DNA of 64,000 nucleotides from Vicinamibacteria bacterium (GTDB lineage: Bacteria; Acidobacteriota; Vicinamibacteria; Marinacidobacterales; Marinacidobacteraceae), in NCBI GenBank assembly GCA_963668695.2, contig CAXXLQ010000004.1, forward strand, positions 3,849,788 through 3,913,787. The letters run 5' to 3'. Under the pieces are notes generated by a model that was not told the DNA's origin, ran no database searches, and saw nothing but the letters and a program-made list of their open reading frames with translations. Each line of letters starts with the position of its first letter. The first letter of the stretch is position 1. The translations under genes were made by a program, and so were the position numbers. Shown piece after piece: positions 10,384 through 20,219 of the stretch.

Positions 10384-11832
10384 TTGCCGGCCGCTATCTC
10401 GGGGGCCGTACTTCTTCTCTACACCGCCCTTCTGTTCGGGATCGCGTGGATCTCCAGTCGCCGCGTCCACAACTTCTCGGACTACCTGGTCGCCGGCCGG
10501 CGTCTCGGGACACCGCTCGCCTCGCTGAGCCTGCTCGCCACCTGGTTCGGGGCCGGCACGCTCCTCGCTTCCGCCGAAGAAGTCCGGTCCGTAGGGTTGT
10601 CGGCAGCCGCCCTGGAGCCCATCGGTCCTGGGATCTGCTTGTTGCTGGTCGGTCTGTTCTACGCGGCCCCGCTCCGGCGGCAGGGGCTCCTGACGCTCGG
10701 GGATTTCTTCGCCGGCCGTTTCGGCCGAAGCGCGGAGATCGTCTCGGCCGCCATCATGGTTCCGAGCTTTTTCGGCTGGATCGCCGCCCAGTTCTCGGTG
10801 TTGGCCGCGCTCCTCGGCGAACTCTTCCAAATCCCGCTCGCTGCGGGTCTCCTGTTGGTCGCCGCCGTTGCCATCGGCTACACGCTGATCGGGGGGATGT
10901 GGTCGGTGACCCTCACCGACGCGGTACAAGGGGTCATCGTGGGCTTCGCGCTCATCGCCCTCGGGGTTTCCGCCCTGGCCGAACTGGGCGCCGGATCGGC
11001 CTTGGGAGGGCTGGCCCGGCTCGGACGCGAGACGCCGCCGGACCTGCTCGCCGTCGTACCCGGCGAAATGACCGCGCTGTTCGCCTGGTCCGGACTCCTG
11101 ATCGCAGGCGCCCTCGGGAACATCCCCGGACAGGACGTGCTGCAGCGGGTGTTCTCCTCACGCTCGGAACAGGTGGCCCGGCGCGCCTGCCTGATCGCCG
11201 GCAGCCTCTACCTCGGCCTCGGCGCCATCCCGGTGATGCTGGGACTGGCCAGCCGCCTCCTGCTACCCGGGCATGAAGGCGACATGCTGGCCGCGCTCGG
11301 CCGCATTCTCTTCAGTCCCCTCGCAGCACTGGGGCTCATCTTGCTGGTGGTTTCGGCGCTCCTGTCGACCGTGGACAGCGCGCTAATATCGGCCGCGTCC
11401 GTACTGGCGCAGAACCTGCTCCGCCACCCCCTGCCCCGGGTGGGGCTCTTGCGGTTGAGCCGGCTCTCAGTCCTGATGGTCGGTGCGGCGAGTCTCTTCT
11501 ATGCGTTTCGTGGTCTCAATGCGTACTCCCTGCTGGAGGACGCGTACGAGCTCACGCTCGTGGGGCTGTTCGTACCGTTGACCGCAGGACTCTTCTCGGA
11601 ACGCGGCGGACGCTTCGCCGCGCTCACCTCGATGGCCGGCGGCACCGTTTTGTGGATCATTCATCTGGCGTTCGGGTGGGACTGGTTCCTCGAGCCCGCG
11701 CTGTATTCCGCCGGCATAACGATTCCGAAGGCCATCGGCCTGACGGCCGCGAGCGGCGCCGGGTACCTGCTCGGGGCGGCCTTCGACACCGCGAGCCGGC
11801 GGCGGCCCCCGCGCCCGGGAGCCGCCGCCTGA
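10384..11832 (+). CDS. Sodium:solute symporter (choline-transporter-like subfamily)
   Basis: YLVAGR, ATWFGAG, GGMWSVTLTD, QDVLQRVFS and STVDSAL motifs. Confidence 0.9.
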   Translation: MPAAISGAVLLLYTALLFGIAWISSRRVHNFSDYLVAGRRLGTPLASLSLLATWFGAGTLLASAEEVRSVGLSAAALEPIGPGICLLLVGLFYAAPLRRQGLLTLGDFFAGRFGRSAEIVSAAIMVPSFFGWIAAQFSVLAALLGELFQIPLAAGLLLVAAVAIGYTLIGGMWSVTLTDAVQGVIVGFALIALGVSALAELGAGSALGGLARLGRETPPDLLAVVPGEMTALFAWSGLLIAGALGNIPGQDVLQRVFSSRSEQVARRACLIAGSLYLGLGAIPVMLGLASRLLLPGHEGDMLAALGRILFSPLAALGLILLVVSALLSTVDSALISAASVLAQNLLRHPLPRVGLLRLSRLSVLMVGAASLFYAFRGLNAYSLLEDAYELTLVGLFVPLTAGLFSERGGRFAALTSMAGGTVLWIIHLAFGWDWFLEPALYSAGITIPKAIGLTAASGAGYLLGAAFDTASRRRPPRPGAAA

Positions 11833-11839
11833 GCGCCCG

Positions 11840-13279
11840 ATGAGCGAGTTCCGCAACCGCGCCGAATCGCTGCGGCGCCGCTCCCGTGCGCTCGAGCCGG
11901 ATGCGGAAGAGCGGCGCACGCTCACCGAGGCAACCATCCGCCACACCGAGGAGTTTCTGGAGGGCCTGATCAGCGGCCCGTCCTGGGTTCCGCCGAGGGA
12001 ATCCCGGGAAATCAACGAACTTCCCATCGGCGCGGAAGGCCGCCCCTTTCCCGAACTCCTGGATCTGGTTCGGCGAGAGGTCGAGCAGCAGGGTCTGAAC
12101 CCTGCATCCCCGCGCGATCTGGGCTACGTCCCCGGCGGCGGGATTTTCGTATCGGCGCTCGGCGACTACCTGGCGGCCGTCGGGAATGCATTCGCCGGGT
12201 ATTTCCCCGCCTCGCCGGGAGCGGCCCGCGTGGAAAACCGGCTCGTGGAATGGATCGCCGAGATCGTGGGCTACCCGAAAGAAGCCGGAGGGACGCTGAC
12301 TTCAGGGGGAAGCGTCGCCACCCTGACCGGGGTCATCGCCGCCCGCGAGGCCAAGGGACTCCGCTCAACCGACTTCTCCCGGGCATCGATCTACGTGACC
12401 AGCCAGGAGCACTATTCGGTCCGCAAGGCGGTCCACCTCGCGGGTGTGGGTGAGGCGCCCTGCCGGATCGTCGCCGTGGACGGCGCTTTCCGCATGGCTC
12501 CGGAATCCCTGGCCGCCCAGATCCGGAAGGATCGCGCCGACGGCCTGCTGCCCTGGCTCGTAGTCAGCACCGCCGGCACCACGAACACCGGCGCGGTGGA
12601 TCCGCTGGACGCGATATCCGAGATCGCGCGGGCCGCCGGCGTCTGGCACCATGTGGACGCGGCCTACGGCGGGTTCTACCTGCTCGTTCCGGCGCGGCGG
12701 GATCTGTTCCGGGGCATCGAGAAGTCGGACTCCGTCGTACTGGATCCCCACAAGAGCCTGTTTCTTCCCTATGGAAGCGGCGCGCTCGTGGTCCGGAATG
12801 CGGCGCACTTCGACACGTTCCGCTTCCAGGCCCCCTATCTCCTTGATAAGCCGCAGGAGGAAGTCTCCCCTTCCGAGCGGTCGATCGAGCTCACCCGGCA
12901 CTTCCGCGGGATGCGCCTCTTCCTGCCGCTGCTACTCCACGGCACCGAGGCATTCGCGGCCGCGCTCGAAGAGAAGTGGTGGCTTGCCCGCTACCTCCAG
13001 GACGAACTCGGTCGCTGGGAGGACATCGAGGTGGGGCCGGAGCCCGCACTTTCGACCATGTGCTTCCGCTACCGGCCGGAAGGTCGGACCGAAGAGGAAA
13101 CGGATGAACTCAACCGCCGGATCGTCGCGGCGCTCCACGCCGACGGCCGGATCTTCATCACCGCCACCTACCTGAACGAACGCTTCTGGCTCCGGCCCTC
13201 GATCGGCATCTTCCGCACCCACATCGAGCACCTCGACGAGTTTCTGGAGATCCTGAAAGGCTTCATCGCGGAGCTCTGA
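11840..13279 (+). CDS. Group II PLP-dependent decarboxylase (aromatic amino acid/glutamate decarboxylase family)
   Basis: SGGS, HYSV, AGTTNTGAVD, HVDAAYGG and DPHK (PLP lysine) motifs. Confidence 0.92.
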   Translation: MSEFRNRAESLRRRSRALEPDAEERRTLTEATIRHTEEFLEGLISGPSWVPPRESREINELPIGAEGRPFPELLDLVRREVEQQGLNPASPRDLGYVPGGGIFVSALGDYLAAVGNAFAGYFPASPGAARVENRLVEWIAEIVGYPKEAGGTLTSGGSVATLTGVIAAREAKGLRSTDFSRASIYVTSQEHYSVRKAVHLAGVGEAPCRIVAVDGAFRMAPESLAAQIRKDRADGLLPWLVVSTAGTTNTGAVDPLDAISEIARAAGVWHHVDAAYGGFYLLVPARRDLFRGIEKSDSVVLDPHKSLFLPYGSGALVVRNAAHFDTFRFQAPYLLDKPQEEVSPSERSIELTRHFRGMRLFLPLLLHGTEAFAAALEEKWWLARYLQDELGRWEDIEVGPEPALSTMCFRYRPEGRTEEETDELNRRIVAALHADGRIFITATYLNERFWLRPSIGIFRTHIEHLDEFLEILKGFIAEL

Positions 13280-13315
13280 GGCAAGAGACCGCCAACAGGC
13301 CGGGCGGCACCGCCA

Positions 13316-13443
13316 GCGAGGGGCCCCCACCGGGAGAACTGGCCGCCGACCTCCAGGTCGGCACTGCGAGGGGCCCCCACCGGGAGAACTGGCCGCCGAC
13401 CTCCAGGTCGGCCCAGCGAGAGACCGCCGACCTCCAGGTCGGC
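13316..13443. repeat. Three tandem REP-like hairpins (GCCGACCTCCAGGTCGGC), two carrying the 19-nt insert
   Basis: About 50-bp direct repeats. Copies 1-2 read gggcccccaccgggagaactggccgccgacc; copy 3 reads agaccgccgacc. Confidence 0.85.
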
Positions 13444-13612
13444 AACTGCCGCGCGCAAGCGCGGCGAAACGCGGTCTACAACCCTTATTCCTTGCAAATC
13501 GTCCCGTGGACGGTACGTTTTGCACGGAACACCGTCCCTTTGTCCCTGTCAGGCCGCGCGTCGGTATCACGAGCGTTAATGCCGGCAGACCTGCGGTAGG
13601 CTCCATCCAGCC

Positions 13613-13990
13613 ATGGGTCGAGCGGCGGTGCAAGGGAACCCCGATCCTCCTGGGGCCGCTGCGGTGACCGACGCCGTGATCGCCGAGATGGTCGAGACGC
13701 TCGTAATGGAGGCCGATCCCGAACAGGTCATCCTCTTCGGGTCTCGCGGCCGCGGCGACGCGCGGGCCGACTCGGACGTGGACCTGATCGTGGTGGAGGC
13801 GGAACCCTTCGGTCCCGGCCGGGACCGCGTGAAGGAGATGGCGCGGCTCTACAAGGCGCTCGCTGGATTTCTGGTTCCGGCCGACATCCTCGTGTACTCG
13901 CGAGAGGATGTGGAGTACTGGCGGGATTCGCTGAACCATGTCCTGGCGCGAGCGCTCCGCGAAGGCAGGGTCGTCTATGAGCGACCCTAG
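13613..13990 (+). CDS. Minimal nucleotidyltransferase (MNT) antitoxin
   Basis: LFGSRGRGDARADSDVDL (GS-x10-DxD); overlaps the HEPN gene. Start may be GTG 13664. Confidence 0.88.
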   Translation: MGRAAVQGNPDPPGAAAVTDAVIAEMVETLVMEADPEQVILFGSRGRGDARADSDVDLIVVEAEPFGPGRDRVKEMARLYKALAGFLVPADILVYSREDVEYWRDSLNHVLARALREGRVVYERP

Positions 13991-14399
13991 GTGCGCCGAC
14001 GCGATGCTTCGAGCGGCGGAGCGCGATCTGCTGACCCTCCGGAGCATGAATCACGAAGCGCCGGAAGAGTCCTTCGGGTTCCACCTCCAGCAGGCCGCCG
14101 AGAAGGCTTTGAAAGCATGGATCGCGGCACTGGGGGACGAGTATCCGCTGACGCACAGCATTGAAACGCTGGCGAGCCGCCTCCGAGCCCTTTCCGTGGT
14201 GACGGAGCCCTTCGCACCGCTCGCCGAATTCACGCCCTACGCCGTGACCTTTCGGTATGAGGGGGTCGGTCCGGAAGCCGAACCCATCGACCGCGAAGCG
14301 ATGATCGCACTGCTTGACGCGCTGCTTGAGCGAGTGCGCGCCGAGGTCCGCAGTGGGCCTGAGGCACCGAGGTCACCTACCGACCGTCCGCCTGAGTAA
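13977..14399 (+). CDS. HEPN-domain protein (MNT-HEPN pair)
   Basis: FHLQQAAEKALKA..YPLTH..RY motif set. Confidence 0.88.
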   Translation: MSDPRCADAMLRAAERDLLTLRSMNHEAPEESFGFHLQQAAEKALKAWIAALGDEYPLTHSIETLASRLRALSVVTEPFAPLAEFTPYAVTFRYEGVGPEAEPIDREAMIALLDALLERVRAEVRSGPEAPRSPTDRPPE

Positions 14400-14500
14400 C
14401 CCGCGGCACGTTACTCCCGCGACCTGGGATCACGATCCCGACCGAGACACTGCGGCGGTCTGGACCATGATCGCTCACCACCAGTTGGCCGGACACGAAG

Positions 14501-14827
14501 GTGGGGGCGTCTTTCGAGGGGTTCGCGATCAAGCAGGTGCTGTCCTGCCTGGGGCTCGGAAACGCGTCCTTCCGGGGCACCCAGGGCCGAGCCGAGCTCG
14601 ACCTGTTGATCACCCACCGCGGGAAGCGATACGGCTTCGAGGTCAAGTACGCGGACGCACCGGGCACGACACGGTCAATGCACACCGCCATCGCGGATCT
14701 GGGACTCGAACACCGGTGGGTGATCTATCCGGGGAGCGAGCGCTACCGGTTGCGCGAGAAGATCACCGCGCTGCCGATCGGTCACGTTCCCTTCGTATTT
14801 GGCGACGGGAGTCCGGTTATCCCCTGA
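14501..14827 (+). pseudogene. C-terminal remnant of an AAA_14/DUF4143 protein
   Basis: GASFEG..ELDLL..GFEVK resembles the C-terminus of 49487-50674; no ATPase domain upstream. Confidence 0.7.
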
Positions 14828-14851
14828 GAACTGCCGGTCGCGGCTTGGCCT

Positions 14852-15257
14852 TTAACAGCCTGTGGTGAAACCCACGTGAGCGCCGAGGCCGGCCAGTTCT
14901 CCCGGTGGGGGCGAGGCCCAGTTCTCCCGGTGGGGGTCCGGCTGACAAGGCGCGTGAGGGAGGAATACCGCGTGTATTCCGACCGAAACGCAACGCAGAA
15001 CGCAGCGAAGCGGAGTGGTGAACAGCCGGTGGTGGAACCCACGGGAGCGCCGAGGCCGGCGAGGCGCCCGGTTGACAAGGCGCGTGAGGGAGGAATACCG
15101 CGTGTATTTCGACCGAAACGCAACGATGAGCGGCGCGCAGCGACGCGGTTCAGCCGGGATGGATCGCCGGGCGAACGCCGCGTGGGTTTCATCACCGGTT
15201 GTTTGGCCGGGATGGATCGCCGGTCGAACGCCGCGTGGGTTTTGCCACAGGCTGTTA
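14852..15257. mobile_element. Nested MITEs: an insert-free copy (~15021-15203) inside a copy carrying two 19-nt inserts
   Basis: The outer copy breaks at cggagtggt and resumes at ggccgggatgg around a complete inner copy with its own TIRs. Confidence 0.8.
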
Positions 15258-16559
15258 CGGGCTCTTGACCACCTCGCCGCCCTTCATGACGAACTTCACG
15301 TCCTCGAGGAGCCGGATGTCGTCGAGCGGGTTGCCCGCCACCGCGATGATGTCGGCCAGCTTGCCGTCCTCGATAGAGCCGAGGTCCGCCTCCCAGCGGA
15401 GCAGTTCCGCGGCGTTGATGGTGGCCGTCTGGATCGCCGCCATCGGCGAGATGTCCATCGCATCCACCATGATGGCGAAGTCCCGGGCGTTCCTGCCGTG
15501 CGGGAACACCGCGGCGTCCGTCCCGTAGGCGAACTTCACGCCGGCGTGGAAAGCGGCGGCGAGCCGCTCGCGCTGCTGGGCCGCCATCTCTTTCGCCTTC
15601 TGGATGGCGTATTCGGGGATGTCGTTGTCGGCCCCTTCGTCAATGATGTAGTCGAGTGTGTAGAGGGTGGGAACGACGAAGGTGCCGTGCTCCTTTGCGA
15701 GGCGGATCCCCTCGTCGTCGATCAGGGTTCCGTGCTCGATGCTGGCCACCCCGGCGCGGATCGCATCGTTCATGGCCGCCGGCGAGTGGGCGTGCGCCGC
15801 CACCGGGGTGTCGAGCATGTCCGCGGTCTCGACGATCGCCTTCAGTTCATCGAAGGAGTACGCCTGGTCGTACACCGAGTCGCCGTGCGAAAGCACCCCG
15901 CCGGAGGCGGTCACCTTGATGACGTCGGCGCCGTACTTGACCTGGTAGCGCACGGCGCGGCGCAGCTCGTCGGCGCCATCCGCGATCATCGCGTAGCCGG
16001 GGGTCGGCACGTCGGGGTTCCAGCCGTTGATGTCGGCGTGTCCGCCCGTCGAACCCACGCCCCAGGTCGCCGCCTGGATCCGGGGTCCCGGAACGACGCC
16101 CCGCTCGATCATGTCGCGGAGCGCCGCGTCGTGATAGTTCCCCGCGCCGATGTTGCGAACGCTGGTGAAGCCCTTTTCCAGGGTGATCTTCGCGTGCGCC
16201 ACCGCGTAGATCGCCTCGTGGGCGACCGTCTCCCGCATCTTCTGGGTGTCCCCGCCGTCGCCCGGAATGCCGCCGAGGTGGACGTGGCAGTCGAAGAGTC
16301 CGGGAAGGATGGTGTGGCCGCTCAGATCCAGCACGGTCGCACCCGGCGGGATCGGAATCGCCCCCATGGGGCCGACAGCGGTGATCCGCTCTCCCTCGAT
16401 GACCACCTCGGGGTTCAGGATGGGAGGGACGTCGGTGCCGACAATGAGCCGGTCGGCCCGGATCACCACCGCAGTTTCGGACTGCCATCCGGCCGCTGGA
16501 AGCGCGGCGAGAACGGCGACGCCGAGGGCGAGAGTCAAGCGGCAGAACGAATTGCGCAT
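15255..16559 (-). CDS. Secreted metal-dependent amidohydrolase (Xaa-Pro dipeptidase-like)
   Basis: PGLFDCHVH, GGHAD, AAHAH, SIEHG and YGTDA motifs; signal peptide. Confidence 0.92.
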   Translation of the reverse strand: MRNSFCRLTLALGVAVLAALPAAGWQSETAVVIRADRLIVGTDVPPILNPEVVIEGERITAVGPMGAIPIPPGATVLDLSGHTILPGLFDCHVHLGGIPGDGGDTQKMRETVAHEAIYAVAHAKITLEKGFTSVRNIGAGNYHDAALRDMIERGVVPGPRIQAATWGVGSTGGHADINGWNPDVPTPGYAMIADGADELRRAVRYQVKYGADVIKVTASGGVLSHGDSVYDQAYSFDELKAIVETADMLDTPVAAHAHSPAAMNDAIRAGVASIEHGTLIDDEGIRLAKEHGTFVVPTLYTLDYIIDEGADNDIPEYAIQKAKEMAAQQRERLAAAFHAGVKFAYGTDAAVFPHGRNARDFAIMVDAMDISPMAAIQTATINAAELLRWEADLGSIEDGKLADIIAVAGNPLDDIRLLEDVKFVMKGGEVVKSP

Positions 16560-16736
16560 CGGAAATCCCTCCGGGAGAAGCGGGCGATCGTACCCGGATT
16601 TCGGTGGGGCCAGGCACCTTCAGCGCTGTCCGGGGAGGCGAAATTGCGCATCTCGCCCCGCTCCGGGGGGCGGTTCCCGCCCCCACCAGGAGAACTGGCC
16701 GGCGTTCCCGCATTCCCGGCGGATAATCGGCGGGTC

Positions 16737-19007
16737 ATGAGAACCCGGATCGCCCTCTTCGTAACCGCCGGCCTGCTCTTCGCCGCCGGAGCCCCAGCCC
16801 AGACCGAACCCGCCCAGACCGAATCGGCCCAGACCGAACCAGCCCAGACCGAACCCGCCCAGACCGAACCCATCGAGCTGAGCCAGCTCTACGGTCCGGA
16901 GGCGCTCTCGTTCTCCCCCGAGCTCCCGCGGGTCCGCTGGATGCCCGGTGGAACGCACTACCTGACCGGGGCCGGAGAGGAAGCCGAACGCTCCTGGAAC
17001 GTGGTGGAGGCCGCTACCGGCGCCTCCCGGGCTCTTTACGACGCGGACGCCCTGGCCGCGGCGCTCACTGAGACGCTCTCGCTTCCGGAAGAAGAGGCTG
17101 CCCGGGCGGCGCGGCCGGCGTCGCTCACCATGTCCACCGGCGGAGAAAGGCTGCTCCTGAACCTGGCTTCCGACCTTTTCTCCTGGGAGCCGGCCGAGGG
17201 CGCCCTCCGCCGGCTGACCCGGGGCCCGGAGACCGAGGAACTGGCCCGCTTCTCGCCGGACGGGAACCGCATCGCCTTCATCCGCGACAACGACCTCCAC
17301 GTCGTGGATCTCGCGGGCGGCGATCTCCGGCTCACCACCGGGGGCGGACCCGACCTCCTGAACGGGAAGCTCGATTGGGTCTATCAGGAGGAGATCTACG
17401 GGCGCGGCAACTTCTTCGCCCACTGGTGGAGCCCCGACGGCAGCCGGATCGCGTTCCTGCAGAGCGACGAGCGGGACGTCCCCCGTTTCACCGTCGTGGA
17501 CCACATCCCCTACCACCTGGGACTCGAGGTCTATCCCTATCCGAAGGCCGGAGACCCGAATCCCCGCGTCCGTCTCGGCGTCGTCCCATCGTCCGGGGGC
17601 GACGTCGTCTGGTTGAACCCCGGCGGCTACGGCAACGCGGAGACGCTGATCGTGAACGTGGCGTTTTCTCCGGACGGCGACGTCTGGTACCAGGTTCAGG
17701 ACCGGACCCAGACTTTCCTGGATCTCCACCGGGCGGACTCGCGGACCGGCGAGTCGTCGCGGGTGCTGCGGGAAGATGCCGGGCCCTGGGTCAACGGACA
17801 CGGCGCCCCCCACTTCCTCTCGGAAGCGAGTGGCGGCGGTTTCCTCTGGTTCAGCGAACGAACCGGCTTCAAGCACCTCTACCGCTACGACGCGGCCGGC
17901 GAGCTGGCCGGCGCGCTCACCGAAGGCCGTTTCGAGGTCCGGCGACTCCACGCGGTGGACGAAGAGGCCGGGGCGGCGTATGCCTCGGGTACCTACCGCT
18001 CGTCGCTGGGCGCCGACACTCTGAAAGTGGCCCTCGACGGGTCCGGCGCGACCCTGCTGGGCGAGGCGCCGGGCACGCATCAGGCCAACTTCCCGGAGGG
18101 GCCGAACGTCGAGCACTACGTGGCCGTATCCCACGATCTGGACAGCCCCCCGCGGATGAGCCTGCGCCGCGCCGCCGACGGCGCCGCCCTCCGCGATCTT
18201 GGAGGCGGCGAAGTTCCAGACCTCGCCCGCTTCGAGATCTCTCCGCCGGAGCTACTGAAGATCCCCACCGCGGACGGCACGCAACTCGAAGCGATGATGG
18301 TGCGGCCGCACGGCTTCGATGCTTCGCGCGTCTACCCGGCCTGGGTCCACGTATACGGAGGCCCCCACGCACCCCAGGTCCGCGACGCCTGGCCGGGGAC
18401 GCGCGGCATGTGGTTCCAGTACCTCGCCCAGCAGGGGATCGTGGTCCTCGTGGTGGACAACCGGATCGCCTCCGGCAAGGGGGTGGAGTCCACCTGGCCG
18501 GTGTACGGCAACTTCGGCGAGCAGGAACTCAGCGATCTGGTCGAGGCGGTGGACTGGCTCGGCTCCCGCGATTTCGTGGACGCCTCCCGGATCGGAGTGG
18601 ACGGCTGGAGCTTCGGCGGCTACATGACGCTCACCGCGCTCACCAAGTCCGACCGTTTCCGCGCCGGCATCGCGGGCGGCAGCGTCGTGGACTGGCGCGA
18701 CTACGACTCGGTGTACACCGAGCGTTACATGAGCACGCCGGACGAAAACCCGTCGGGCTATCAGAAGAGTTCCGTGCGCGAGGCGGCCGGGAACCTCACC
18801 GGCGACCTGCTGCTGATCCACGGGACGATGGACGACAACGTGCACCTCCAGAACACCGTGCAGTTCGTCCACGACCTGCAAGAGGCCGGGAAACCCTTCG
18901 AACTGATGGTCTATCCGCAGTCGCGCCACGGGGTTCGGGACGACAACCTGGTGCTCCACCTGCGGGAGACCATGGCGCGGTTCATCCTGAAGACGGTGTC
19001 GCCCTAG
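16737..19007 (+). CDS. Dipeptidyl-peptidase IV (S9B) family serine peptidase
   Basis: DWVYQEE, YPKAG, GWSFGG nucleophile, YDSVYTERYM, HGTMDDNVH and a C-terminal His; AQTE repeats after the signal peptide. Confidence 0.93.
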   Translation: MRTRIALFVTAGLLFAAGAPAQTEPAQTESAQTEPAQTEPAQTEPIELSQLYGPEALSFSPELPRVRWMPGGTHYLTGAGEEAERSWNVVEAATGASRALYDADALAAALTETLSLPEEEAARAARPASLTMSTGGERLLLNLASDLFSWEPAEGALRRLTRGPETEELARFSPDGNRIAFIRDNDLHVVDLAGGDLRLTTGGGPDLLNGKLDWVYQEEIYGRGNFFAHWWSPDGSRIAFLQSDERDVPRFTVVDHIPYHLGLEVYPYPKAGDPNPRVRLGVVPSSGGDVVWLNPGGYGNAETLIVNVAFSPDGDVWYQVQDRTQTFLDLHRADSRTGESSRVLREDAGPWVNGHGAPHFLSEASGGGFLWFSERTGFKHLYRYDAAGELAGALTEGRFEVRRLHAVDEEAGAAYASGTYRSSLGADTLKVALDGSGATLLGEAPGTHQANFPEGPNVEHYVAVSHDLDSPPRMSLRRAADGAALRDLGGGEVPDLARFEISPPELLKIPTADGTQLEAMMVRPHGFDASRVYPAWVHVYGGPHAPQVRDAWPGTRGMWFQYLAQQGIVVLVVDNRIASGKGVESTWPVYGNFGEQELSDLVEAVDWLGSRDFVDASRIGVDGWSFGGYMTLTALTKSDRFRAGIAGGSVVDWRDYDSVYTERYMSTPDENPSGYQKSSVREAAGNLTGDLLLIHGTMDDNVHLQNTVQFVHDLQEAGKPFELMVYPQSRHGVRDDNLVLHLRETMARFILKTVSP

Positions 19008-20215
19008 TCCCCGGCCAGGGCCGCCACCTGCTCGGCGATGGCGAGCGACGCCGTGGCCGCGGGCGAAGGGGCGTTCAGCACGTGGATGCGGTTCTCGCGG
19101 CGCACGATGCGGAAGTCGTCCGCGATGCGGCCGTCCGGGAGCACGGCAATCGCCCGCACCCCGGAGGGCGAGGCGGTGAGATCTTCCGCGCGGATTTCCG
19201 GCACCAAACGCTGCAACCGCCGGGTGAAGGCCCGTTTCGAGAGGGACCGGTGGATCTCGTCCACCCCGACGCGCCACTCGCGCAGCGCCAGACGGCGGAA
19301 CCCGGAATAGCCCGCCATCTGCCGGAGATCGCCGAGGTCCAGATCGCGGCGGCGGTACCCCTCGCGGGCGAGGGCGAGCACCGCATTCGGGCCCGCGTCC
19401 ACCTGCTTGTCGAGGTTTCGGTGGAGGTGCACCCCGAGGAACGGGAACCGCGGATCGGGCGTCGGGTAGATCAGCCCGCGCACCAGCCCGGCCCGTTCCG
19501 GCCGGACCCGGAAGTACTCGCCCCGAAAAGGCACCACCTGCAGTTCCGGATCGTCCCCCGCCAGTCGCGCGACGCGGTCGGCGTGGAGGCCGGCACAGGT
19601 GACGAGCCGCCGGCAGGCGAAATCCCCTCTCGTGGTGAGAATCCGGGTCCCGCCGTCAGAACGGGAAAACCCGAGCACCCGCGCGCCGGTCTCCACCCGG
19701 CCCCCCGCAGTCTCGAAGAGACGGCGGAGCGTCGCCGCCACCTCACGGAAACGGACCACCCCGGAGGTCGGGGAGTGGAGCGCCGCGACCCCCTCGGCGT
19801 GGGGTTCGATCTCGCGGAGCGCCGCCCGATCCAGCAGGCGGAGGCCGGGAACGCCGTTCGCTTCACCGCGCCGATGCAACTCGTCGAGCCGGCCCCGTTC
19901 GGCCTCGTTCGCGGCGACGATCACCTTGCCCGAAAGGGCGAAGGGAACTGCGTGTTCCCGGCAGAAACGGAGCAGCAGCTCCACCCCGCGGCGGCAGTTC
20001 CGGGCCCGGAGCGAACCGGGCGCGTAGTAGATCCCGGAATGAATGACCCCGCTGTTCCTTCCGGTCTGGTGCCGGGCGATGTCCGCCTCCTTCTCGAGAA
20101 CCAGAATCGACCGCGAGGGCGCCGTTTCCTGAAGGCGGCGCGCCACCGCCAGGCCGACGATCCCTCCCCCGACCACCGCGACGTCCAGAGGTTTCGTCCC
20201 GCCCGCTCCGCTCAT
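19004..20215 (-). CDS. lhgO: L-2-hydroxyglutarate oxidase
   Basis: GGGIVG FAD motif, HQTGRNSGVIHSGIYY, PFLGVH and NAPSPAATASL. Confidence 0.93.
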   Translation of the reverse strand: MSGAGGTKPLDVAVVGGGIVGLAVARRLQETAPSRSILVLEKEADIARHQTGRNSGVIHSGIYYAPGSLRARNCRRGVELLLRFCREHAVPFALSGKVIVAANEAERGRLDELHRRGEANGVPGLRLLDRAALREIEPHAEGVAALHSPTSGVVRFREVAATLRRLFETAGGRVETGARVLGFSRSDGGTRILTTRGDFACRRLVTCAGLHADRVARLAGDDPELQVVPFRGEYFRVRPERAGLVRGLIYPTPDPRFPFLGVHLHRNLDKQVDAGPNAVLALAREGYRRRDLDLGDLRQMAGYSGFRRLALREWRVGVDEIHRSLSKRAFTRRLQRLVPEIRAEDLTASPSGVRAIAVLPDGRIADDFRIVRRENRIHVLNAPSPAATASLAIAEQVAALAGD

Positions 20216-20219
20216 CGGC

